Below, in pieces: positions 54,650 to 64,000 of a stretch of DNA of 64,000 nt. Source of the DNA: Octopus vulgaris (lineage: Eukaryota); assembly GCA_951406725.2 (NCBI GenBank), contig OX597815.1, forward strand, positions 113,770,001 through 113,834,000, in the 5' to 3' direction. A model generated the notes under the pieces. That model saw only the letters and a program-made list of their open reading frames with translations. It made no database searches and was not told where the DNA came from. A program made the translations under genes and the position numbers. Each line of letters opens with the position of its first letter. Position 1 is the stretch's first letter.

Positions 54650-56379
54650 GTGATAAAAAATGAAAATACAAACTTATTTGGTTATGAATAGCAGAAACAT
54701 TTACTTGGGGCTCTAAAAGTCTAATGTACATTGACACAGGTGGGTGTTTTTGTATATATAAACAGATAGGGATAAATATGTTGCAAGTACATCTGGATAA
54801 AAAAAAAATACAAATCTTTACTAAATATTATCCAAGTTGGAGAGAGAAAACAGAAGAATAAAATCAACACAATAGAATTTACAAATGATTAACAAAGGTT
54901 AAGATAATAACATTTTACCCATATTTTTCCTGTTTTACATCTATGCTCGCATAGGTAGTATGGCTCTTTTGTCAGAGTCAATGTGTATTTTTATACCTAC
55001 ATACCCTCCCTTCTGCTAAGCACTCAAGAATAACATTAGCAAATAGTCTGTTTGATGTTCACCCAGGCAAACTAGAACAAGGAAAGTTATGTACTCCATT
55101 CAGAAGCACAGCGTAGTTACTGATTCGATCTCATGACTATCGTTCAGTATCCCACTCTTAACATCTATCTCTTGTGTAATAATTTCCCTCATCTTCAAAT
55201 GTTTATAGTTGTTAGTTTGGATGACTTGGTTCGGAGTTATTTAACTTCTGAAAGTCATTAATCCTCTTTGGTTATTTATCATTAACATCATCTTGTGTGT
55301 ACAGATTAATGTATAGGTATTACGAAAAGGAGTGGCCCAGTCTTGTAAGTGCATGAAAACTTGAAAACTTGAATCCCATTTGAAGAGTTATTAAAGTACT
55401 GCACTGGGATCTTGTGGAAATCTTGTTATGAAACAAATGCGTCTTTATTATCACATGCCCAACTAAGTATGAGACTAAGGTTCTAAATGTGGGAGAAATC
55501 TTAGGGAGTTAGAAAGAAATTAGGTAAGCTTGATTCCTTGAATGTGTAATGCCAGACCCTCATGAGGATAGAACGTAAAGTTAAGAATGTGACGAGTCAT
55601 TGAAGGCATCAACCAGAATGTACAGGGGAGACAACTGTGTTGGTATGGGGCAGAGTATTTCTGTTGGAGGAAAATGTGATATGTATCTCAAGTGAAGGAT
55701 ATTTGTGGGAAAAAAAGATATTGAGAAAGATGTACTCAAACCTTAGGATGATGAGCTTTACAGAATAGATGATGAAAGACTGAGATAATTGGCAATATTC
55801 TCTATGGCAGAGCTGTACAACTTTTGCCATCACAAAAGTGAGAATGTTAATATGATGGTGGTGATGGCTCTCTCAAGTTAGTGAGTCCCAGTTGAGTTGT
55901 AGGGGAACATTAATAAGCCCTTATCTACTGTTGATTGTAATCGTCACACTCTTTCTACAGACCCCTACCGAAATAGTTGAAATAGTTTGATAAAGTGGGT
56001 GGGCTGATTAATAACTAAGGATAAAAATGAGGTGTTCATTGTTATTGAAGGCAATCTATAGAAAATATGTAAATGTTGAATTAATTAAAGAAAGGGAGGA
56101 AAACTGCTAAATTCTAACTTCTATAAAGTTTCATACCATCATTTCAAACTCCCCTTACCTCCAGTGTGCTATGAGCACATGTTGTCTGAAAGGAGTTGTT
56201 CTGTGAAAGTGACATACAACATTGATTAGCATGTTCAGGTTTGAATCTTCCAGAGTATATTAATGAACCTGTGCATTGTTGTTTTGATTTTTACTGTTCT
56301 TCGTGCACATGATGATTTATTATCAAATTGGCAGACACCAGATTGCAGCAACAAATATTTTGCTTACTGAACTCTATAA

Positions 56380-56640
56380 ACACAACTTTTGTAGTGGCAG
56401 AAACCCTTGCACTGGAGAATCCAGTGTAGTGCATCATAGAAGACCTGGGCAAAACAAGTTGAGGAAGGCCTGAATTTGCAGTGCCTCAACCTCAAACATG
56501 CTAAGGCCAGTACCATGGATCAGGAAGCATGGAATAACATCATCACCAGAGTCCATCATCCAGTGGTACCCACTGCAGCATATAGGTTGTGAGGACAGCC
56601 TCCCCTTCCAGATGCCAGCTAGGCATTTTACTTATTTATG
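56380..56640 (+). mobile_element. RTE-like 3' end remnant
   Basis: KTWAKQVEEGL...AKASTMDQEAWNNII. Confidence 0.5.
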
Positions 56641-57378
56641 AACAAAAACCACAGTTCTTGTTTAGATTCACAACCAGGATGGACTGAGTAAACACAACCG
56701 GGTTGAAGCACTTTGGAGTCTCAAAGTCCCCTTACCTCTTTGAACCAATGGGTTATAAACATACATCATATGAAAGGAGAAGCTCGAAAGGCAAAAATGC
56801 AATAGCAATTAGCATATTCAGTTTTAAATTTGCTGGAATGTACTAAGAAGAACTCTGTATGTCATTGTTTTGATTCCGCTCTTATCCATGCTCATGATGA
56901 TTTAATTAAATTTGATGATTTTTAGTTTAAACTACTGTCCTAGTGTATCTGAATTTTTTTTCTTTCAAAACTCAATCCAACATAAACTAATTGTAACATT
57001 TATGATAGAGCTCATTGAAATAATTTGATCATCCCTTATCAGTGATTAATTTTTAACACCTTAACGTAAAGTCAAATTTACATTAATTCATTTTGTCTTA
57101 TGTTTTCCTTCTAAGATTTCTAATTTGTGATTTGCACTTTATCTAAAGAGGTTACAAAATTAAGTATTCATCAATAAGCAAATAGAAATCAAAATCAAAT
57201 AAAAATAGGAATAAAAGGATGTAAACTTTTGTTTTTATTTACTTTATTTTAAAATGTTTTATTATTTGTATTTATTGTACAGAATCTTTGCATGAGTCTG
57301 CCAACACTTAGATTATTGTGATGATTTTGACCCAAAAGTTTATCTTTATCGACATTAACATTTTACATCCATTTATAG

Positions 57379-57382
<4 letters not shown>

Positions 57383-57428
<46 letters not shown>
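57383..57428. repeat. (AT)n microsatellite
   Basis: Direct observation. Confidence 0.98.
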
Positions 57429-57431
<3 letters not shown>

Positions 57432-58084
57432 TATAGATAGATATTTATGTGTGTGTATGTAAATGTATGTGTGTAAGATTATAATTCCTTTTCTCCACCT
57501 GTTTTAGATAAATTCTTCTATGGATTTCACATGTTTTTATTTAACCTTAGATATCACCTTTTTTTATATATTAAAAGAAAAAACAAACCTAAAATTAATC
57601 TGTAAGTTGTGCCAGTACTATCAGAAACTCTTCCTTTTGCTACAGTGTGTGTGTATAAATCACATATAATATAATTGCCTCCTGAACTAATTTGATGTGT
57701 TAAGAATCCATACCCTCTCCTTTACCTTGCAAAGCCATCATCTGTAACTGACTGCTTTTATGGTTACTGGAAGTCAGCTCTGTTAAGAGTTTATACTGAG
57801 ATAAAAGAAAGTTGATCAGTCTTTCATTTCTTAGCTAACAACAGCTAAAAACATGTCGTATATTTCTTAATATAACAGAAAACGATCAAATTATTTAAAA
57901 TCTATGTATAAAGGTAAGTGTGGCTCTATGTTAAGATGTTTGCTTTGTATCCACATGGTCATAGGTTCAGTTCGACTGCACAGTATCTTGGGCAAGTATC
58001 TTTTATCATAGCCTTCCATTAACCAATGCAGTGGAGTGGAACAGGGCACACGGAAAGTATGGAAGCCCATTACCACTACCTTTA

Positions 58085-58690
58085 TCGTCATTATCTTTGC
58101 CTTCGATACATGGTTGTGGTGAAGAGCAGGTCCAAGGTGTTGTCGCCTATTTAAAACTGTATACAGCTATGGTACGACCACACTTGGAATTCGCATCATC
58201 AGTTTGGAATCCCTATCTTGCTCAGAACATTGACCTCCTGGAATCTGTCCAGAGACGTGCAACCAAACGCATACCCTCCATCAGACACCTACCATATTCT
58301 GAGCACCTTGTTTCCCTGGGCATGGATTCACTGAAGCTCCGGCGTCTGGCGACGGACTTGGTAAACACCCACAAGGTTATCAACCACCTCACCAATAACA
58401 ACACTGAACACCTTTTTGATCTCCATGTGTCTAACACACGTGGACATGCCTACAAAGTCAGAAAACAACACAGCTCCCATGACTTTTGGAAACATTTTTT
58501 CACGCTCAGAGTTGCTGAAGCATGGAATAAACTGCCTGCGTCAGTTGTTGACTGCCATGACACTGCATCCTTTAAGGCCCTCATGCTTTCCGAAATCCGC
58601 CGAAACTACACTTGATTATATATACACTTTAGATGAGTTGTAGTGCACCTGAGCACTGTACACAATTATTATTATTATTATTATTATATA
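58085..58690 (+). mobile_element. CR1-clade LINE 3' fragment (RT C-terminus 58145-58615, 3' UTR, (ATT)n tail) with a short inverted endonuclease-region piece at the 5' end
   Basis: LYTAMVRPHLEFASSVWNPY...LESVQRRATK...NTRGH...FFTLRVAEAWNKLP is canonical CR1. The minus strand of 58085-58147 reads GDNTLDLLFT. Confidence 0.92.
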
Positions 58691-59039
58691 TACATCCGTG
58701 CATGTATATGCATACATGTACACATGCACACATGCATTTATTCATTTTTCCATTTTGCAATGCAACCTCTTCTATTGCTAAGCTGGTTGCTAAACTAGAA
58801 TGGATTTTCAACTAATTATAACCCCCTGTTGTCAATTTGAATGAATTTATTACACTGGAATTCTTGTTGCTAGCTACTTCTGTTGGCCATTTTTCACATA
58901 GTGATCAAGTCCCGTCATTTTTCCCCCCTCTTCAAGAAAACATTGTTTGTATTAGGTTCACTTTGAGATCTCTTAATTCTTAACTTTTATTTCCACATGC
59001 AGAATTTCTTCTTTGAATCTTTGGCTGATTCATTTATAT

Positions 59040-60240
59040 GAACTCAGTCACTGGCATACAGGTGTTCCCCACAACGACCAGTCTTAAGCTTCTTTATGTC
59101 CTGGAGAACTTTAATAAATAATCAGGAGGGGGTTGAGAACCAAGCCTTGTTGGACTCCTACTTGCATGCTGACTTTGTTCACTGACCTTGTTTCTAAGTT
59201 GCCAACAACATCTCTGTACACAGCTTACATGACTCTCTCAAGCTGTTATTCTATTCCCAGTTTTCTTAATGACTGTTAGACTATAGAACATAATAACCTT
59301 TCAAAAGCTTTCTACAGGTTGGTAAATGCTAGATACAATGGCTTATTCTTAGTTAAAAACTCGCTAGGAAGAGGGCATTTATGGGACCTTGTCCTGGAAC
59401 AAACTGAAAACGAATCCTATCTGAACTAATTTCCTTGCTAATTAGCTGTGCTGTAACTTTCCAGGTTATGAGAGTCATAACCATGTACAACAATTTGATA
59501 ACTCAGTTGTCTCCTCTTTCTAGAGTATCTCCTTTGCCTTTCTGTACTGCTTGTATCCTATTTAAGTTAATTGCAGATACTTCTTTTTGGCAGGTATTTT
59601 AAATGTCTCAGCAACTATCCCTTATAAACCAACTATCTTTCCTGCCTTCATATCCTTAATTGTGCTTTCAGCCAGGGCGGTGGAGTCAGAGTTGTGAAGT
59701 CCGAGTCAGAAACAATGAAGGGGTAGCTGGAGTCGGAGTCTGTATAGTTTTGCTGACTCTGACTCACAATATCTTTATTGTTTAATATAAACCAGTTATA
59801 ACATATAGGCCTACTCAAAGTACAAGTGTATGCATATGTTTTAGGAGATATGTAGACCACAATCACTTCATTTCATTAAGAGGAGTTGGAGCTGCCAATA
59901 GTAGAGGTGTCAGAGTTTTTTGATTCCACAGCCCTGCTTTCAGCCATACTGCCATAAACGTCAAAGCTGATACCTGTATTGGGTCTACTTAGGGTAGAGC
60001 TTCTCTCTCCTATGCATTCTAATCATTCAGTAACTTCTCATAGTAACATTAATATACTTCTTTTCTGTGTCAATGAGGGCAAGTCCACCATTGACATTCT
60101 GTACAGACATTTCCTCTTCATCATGATTTGTACTGGCATATTCATTACAATATAGAACACCACACATTGATCAAACAACTGACCAACTGATAGCCAGCCA
60201 GGCATTTGTATGTAATCCACTGCAATGCAGCCAAAATTAT
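59040..60240 (-). mobile_element. Degenerate RTE LINE RT remnant interrupted by a hAT MITE
   Basis: The minus strand gives KPLYLAFTNL*KAFE and GVQQGLVLNPLL motifs (RT domains). Confidence 0.7.
59673..59936. mobile_element. Non-autonomous hAT MITE with perfect 8-bp TSD CTTTCAGC
   Basis: TIRs CAGGGCGGTGGAGTC / GATTCCACAGCCCTG; TSD at 59665-59672 and 59937-59944; internal GGAGTC repeats. Confidence 0.9.
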
Positions 60241-60859
60241 ATAAATTCTGTTATAAGAAAAATCACGCATACACATAAGTATTTTGTTTATTGGTAAATT
60301 CTACCTCTTCCTCTCCTTATACCTTTCTTAACATTACTCCTCTACACACATACATGCATCCTATCTAATTATTTCATTTACAAATTTTACACTTCATTTC
60401 AACCCAACCTATAAGTTATGTGTACATCCCACCCACAAGAGCTCTTGCATGCAACTAGCACCTTCTACATTTTATAGTCTGAAGAGACTGCAAATCATCT
60501 CTCTCTCTCTCTCTCTCCATTTAATGAGTCTTCCCCCACCTGCTGTAATTTAATACATACGTCATCCGCAAGGTGTATGTGCTATGCCAAGTGGTCAGCA
60601 TGGATTTGTGGCCTCCACAAACTGCATGGAAGGTAACTCATAGAAGAAAAATAACTGAGAATAAAAATATGCATGGTGAAGATGTAATTGGAGGAACATC
60701 CAGCTGTAAACATCAGGAACCTCTGACCATGTGTTAGAACCTACTGACTGATGCCAAATGACTGCACAAATTATTTTACTTTCACGTGCTGATAATAGAT
60801 ACTAATGTACTCAACAACAATCTTAAACTCTCCTCTTCTTGTCAAGTACAAACTTTCAG

Positions 60860-61340
60860 GGCTGCCGCCAAAAATGTAGTTTCAGTGAAAAGTAGGTTTG
60901 TAGAGATTGTTTATATGCTAGAGTAGACGTATGCTATGTACAAGAGGTAAGATGGAGGTGAGGCATGGAATGCAAGTACAAGTTTTTCAAGGTGGGCAAC
61001 AACATCAGGATAGATGGAGTAAGCAAATTGCTTGCAGAGGAACACATAAAATAACTAAGGTAATCAGTGCATGATAAGAATTAAATTTAGAGTAGCCATT
61101 GGAAACACAACAGCAATCTTTGCATGTGCACAACAATCAGGATTAATAGATGAACAAATGGACTGTTTTTACAAAGCTCTCTTGCAGAGACCACCTTCAC
61201 AATGAATGTTATTGACTTCCTTATCACACCTGGCAGATAGGCTCCTGGGGTTCTCTGAAACAAATTACTTAGCCATTTGTAACACTAACTTCAGTAAATT
61301 GATCACTCACCAAATCAACTACCAATCAGATAAACACACA
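60860..61340 (+). mobile_element. Degenerate RTE APE-endonuclease remnant
   Basis: Fragments EVRWR, YKFFKVGNN..DGVSKLLAE and GLIDEQMDCFYKAL resemble RTE endonuclease motifs. Confidence 0.55.
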
Positions 61341-61975
61341 AGTCAGACTTCATATTCACTGGGTACTCCCTCTCTCTCTCTCTCTGTTTTTTTTTTCTTT
61401 CTTTCTGTATATTGCTGAGAAAACTATTAAAAATCTGTGCTGAATGGTTCTACTTGTGTGTCTCACCATCGTTAATGCTGAGAACCAATGACCGGTCCTT
61501 TGGAAATATGTAATAAAATGTGATTATAAATAAATAAAATGGGATATGAATATTAAGCTTTAATATAAATCAGTATTAGATGAGTCTAACAAAGGTCTAT
61601 TGCTTATCTGAGTATAGTATTTTTTGTTTTGTCCCCTCTACATCCTTAAATTCATATCCCACTAAGGTTGCCTTAGCTCTGTAGCTCATAAAATAGTAAC
61701 ACTTTCATACTGGTATTATTTTATTTATATTGTTTATACTTCCATTTTCAAAAACAATCATTGTCTTTCATCAAGAGCAAACAATACTATTCAGTATTCA
61801 GAAATGTTTAATTTAATGGATGGCAGCTTTGGTAGAGTTTTTAGTTCAAATCCTGCCTTTCACTCTTCTGAGGTTGAAAGAATAAGTCCTGGGATTGATA
61901 TAACTAACCATATCCTTGAAGGTATCTCTCCAACAACTGAATTATATTAAGAAAATTTCTGCTTTCTGTTGATAT

Positions 61976-62545
61976 TGATGAGGACAGCTGCATAAAGAAG
62001 TGTCAAGTTCTAATTGTGGAGGGTGCCTGTGTTATGGGTAGACCCAGAAAGACACGGGATGAAGTGGTGAGAAAGGATTTTTGGATGCTGGGCCTCACTG
62101 AAGAAATAACAAGGGATCGGGAGACATGGCGATTTGCTGTATTTGATAAGATGCATCAAGCTAAGTAAAATTACTGTCTTCCATACATACAGGCTTGTCT
62201 TTCAGGTTCCAGTGCTACTTAAAAAGCACCTGTGACAGTACTGTATTAATGCACCCATGCCAGTGCTATGTAAAAATACTTGTACTGGTGGCATATTGAT
62301 ATGGACATATATAAATCAAACTTGACTCCAAGAACTAGGCAAAAAACTGATGACCTATTAGTGGGGAGTCCTGGAAAGAGAGGAAAACCTAAGATGAAGA
62401 AGAAATGCCGAAGTCAGAACTTAAGATGTTGGACCTTGCATAACAGATGATAGAAGACTGATACAGTTGAGAATATTCTGCACAGCATCCAAACCATGCT
62501 AGCAAGGAAAAATAACTAAAACATTGACAATGATGATGGTAGTGA
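61976..62545 (+). mobile_element. RTE LINE 3' end(s) with (GAT)n tail
   Basis: DEDSCIKKCQVLIVEGACVMGRPRKTRDEVVRKDFWMLGLTEEITRDRETWRFAV matches the RTE C-terminal GRPRKTW...DR..WR pattern. Confidence 0.75.
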
Positions 62546-62731
62546 TTGATATCTGTAATTTCAACACATCGAATATTCCAAATTGTTTCAAAACTTTTTG
62601 ATAAATATTTTTTTAACATAATAGAAATTTTATTTGCATTATAAATATCTTGAAACATTTTCTAAAACAGAAGAAAACGTGAATATTTTAAATTTGCTAT
62701 TAAATTATCCTTTTTTTATTGTTTATTGCAG

Positions 62732-62826
62732 CCAAAACTTTACACCAAAGATCTACTTGATCTTGTGGCCTCGCATCTTAACTTAAAAGAAAAGGAATAT
62801 TTTGGTCTATACTACTTGGATGAAAA
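62732..62826 (+). CDS. FRMD4: FRMD4A/B-like next exon (FERM-N): PKLYTKDLLDLVASHLNLKEKEYFGLYYLDE plus 2 nt
   Basis: Polypyrimidine tract with ttgcAG acceptor and AA|GTAAGA donor; 95 nt. Continues the previous exon in frame and matches FRMD4A PKLLAKELLDLVASHFNLKEKEYFG. Confidence 0.95.
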
Positions 62827-62915
62827 GTAAGATACATTTTTTTATATTTTCAACCGTCTTATTTATTTACATTATTTACATTTGACAGATATTTGTCCTC
62901 ATCTTGTTTGTTGTT

Positions 62916-62961
62916 AACACAATGTTTCGGCTGATATGCCCTCCAGCCTTCATCAGGTGTC
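62916..62961 (-). ncRNA. Minimal type I hammerhead ribozyme motif (Penelope-like-element type)
   Basis: Minus strand reads GACAC-CUGAUGA-A-GGCUG(gagggcauau)CAGCC-GAAAC-AUU-GUGUU. It has stem I GACAC/GUGUU, intact CUGAUGA and GAAA core boxes, a 5-bp stem II and a vestigial stem III (AACAUU, probably from palindromic AACGUU). Confidence 0.75.
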
Positions 62962-63209
62962 TTGGGGAAATTTCGAACCTAGGTTCTCAATCCTAAGATA
63001 TTTTTCGATGTTATTATTATTATTATTATCATTCTGGTCACTGCATGGAATCAAACTTGGAATCTTGGGGTTAAGAGCATGGGCTACTAACCCCAAGATT
63101 CCAAGTTCGATTCCAAGCAGTGACCTGAATAATAATAATAATAATAATAATGATAATAACATCGAAAAAATACCTTAGGGATCAGAACCCAGGCTCGAAA
63201 TTTCCCCAA

Positions 63210-63254
63210 GACACCTGATGAAGCCTGGAGAGTATATCAGCAAAACATTGTGTT
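63210..63254 (+). ncRNA. Degenerate hammerhead copy in the right palindrome arm
   Basis: GACAC-CTGATGA-AGCCTG...CAGC-AAAAC-ATT-GTGTT. The G of the GAAA box is lost and stem II is damaged, so it is probably inactive. Confidence 0.6.
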
Positions 63255-63510
63255 AACAACAAACAAGATGAGGACAAATATCCATCAAATGTAAATAATG
63301 TACGTAATTCCTCATCTCTTAAATATAGAGCTGTTTTATTTATAGTTTCTATATTCAAAAGATAAAATCTACTGCAACTGAATCTCTGTATTTGTTTACC
63401 TTTGTTTCAACTAAAAGCTACTATTGAAAATACTTGGCTCTTTTTAAATACTCAAATCTCAATGATCACTTTCTTTCATGTATATGAAACATACTGGTAG
63501 TATGGCATAA

Positions 63511-63979
63511 AGAGTCCAGAAAGAGTCCATGGCTACCCACATGGTTCATGGTCTCAAAAATGTTTCCTATGAAGAAAGGCTGAGGACGCTCAACCTTTAT
63601 TCTCTAGAAAAACGCCGCCACCGTGGTGATCTCATTCTCGCCCACAACATCATAAGCGGAAAGTGTAACCTCTCGAAAGAGCTGTTCTTCACTCCTGCTC
63701 CAGAGTGTCGGCTGCAGGGTCATTCCAAAAAGCTCTACCTGTGATGATTTCATCTCAATCGAAGGAGAGGAGCTTTCTCCGTCTGGATTGCGGATCCGTG
63801 GAACAAGCTGCCAGACGAGATAGTGAAGATGCCGACGACCGCTTTGTTCAAAGCCTCCCTTGACCTCAAGTGGCCTGAACTCTTTACATGAACACCACCC
63901 TGTACTTAACTCCATGTCCCCCTACATGGCCTTGCTATTTGCTTTTGAGCCAAATTAACTAACTAACTAACTAACTAAC
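63511..63979 (+). mobile_element. Second CR1-family 3' fragment with (AACT)n tail
   Basis: SYEERLRTLNLYSLEKRRHRGDLI...LQGHSKKL*...FSVWIADPWNKLP with a premature stop; terminal (AACT)n. Confidence 0.9.
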
Positions 63980-64000
63980 ATTAATGTTTCTGTAGTATTT

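Larger units (their letters stand above)
62868..63302. repeat. Long imperfect palindrome (arms 62868-63073 and 63088-63302, 14-nt spacer): head-to-head copies of a tRNA-headed, (AAT)n-containing, hammerhead-bearing retro-element
   Basis: The arms are reverse complements across their full length (tacattatttacatttgac...ggggtta / taacccc...caaatgtaaataatgta) with scattered mismatches. B-box GTTCGATTCC at 63105-63114. Confidence 0.95.

Noticed and set aside
63069-63125. Functional tRNA gene
   Set aside because: Only a partial tRNA-like head with a B-box. The 5' acceptor and D arm are missing and it is embedded in a repeat.
62936-63178. Mirror-image ORFs on both strands (toxin/antisense-like pair)
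   Set aside because: These are a by-product of the palindrome and the AAT repeats (poly-L and poly-N).

Overview
AT-rich, repeat-dense animal genomic DNA. The SINE/LINE/MITE repertoire looks like that of Octopus or another coleoid cephalopod (inference from recognised repeat families). The window holds the 5' part of a FRMD4A/B-like FERM-domain gene on the + strand. A CpG-retaining promoter region (~0.35-3.3 kb) contains a probable first coding exon (1085/1124-1153). Two confidently recognised FERM-N exons follow at 40791-40856 (MTEGRKTQVILLDENRLDITIQ) and 62732-62826 (PKLYTKDLLDLVASHLNLKEKEYFGLYYLDE), separated by introns of ~39.6 and ~21.9 kb. The introns are filled with tRNA-derived SINEs, RTE, CR1 and R4/Dong LINE fragments, hAT and TTAA (piggyBac-like) MITEs, and microsatellites. 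The most notable observations are: (i) a ~435-bp palindrome starting ~41 nt after the exon-3 donor, whose arms each carry a tRNA-like head and a minimal Penelope-type hammerhead ribozyme; (ii) a second hammerhead-bearing element; (iii) up to three phase-compatible alternative first exons, one with a possible myristoyl/palmitoyl N-terminus; (iv) a 5'-inverted CR1 copy; (v) SINE arrays inside (AAT)n next to a Dong/R4 endonuclease fragment. No bacterial-type systems or CRISPR arrays are supported.
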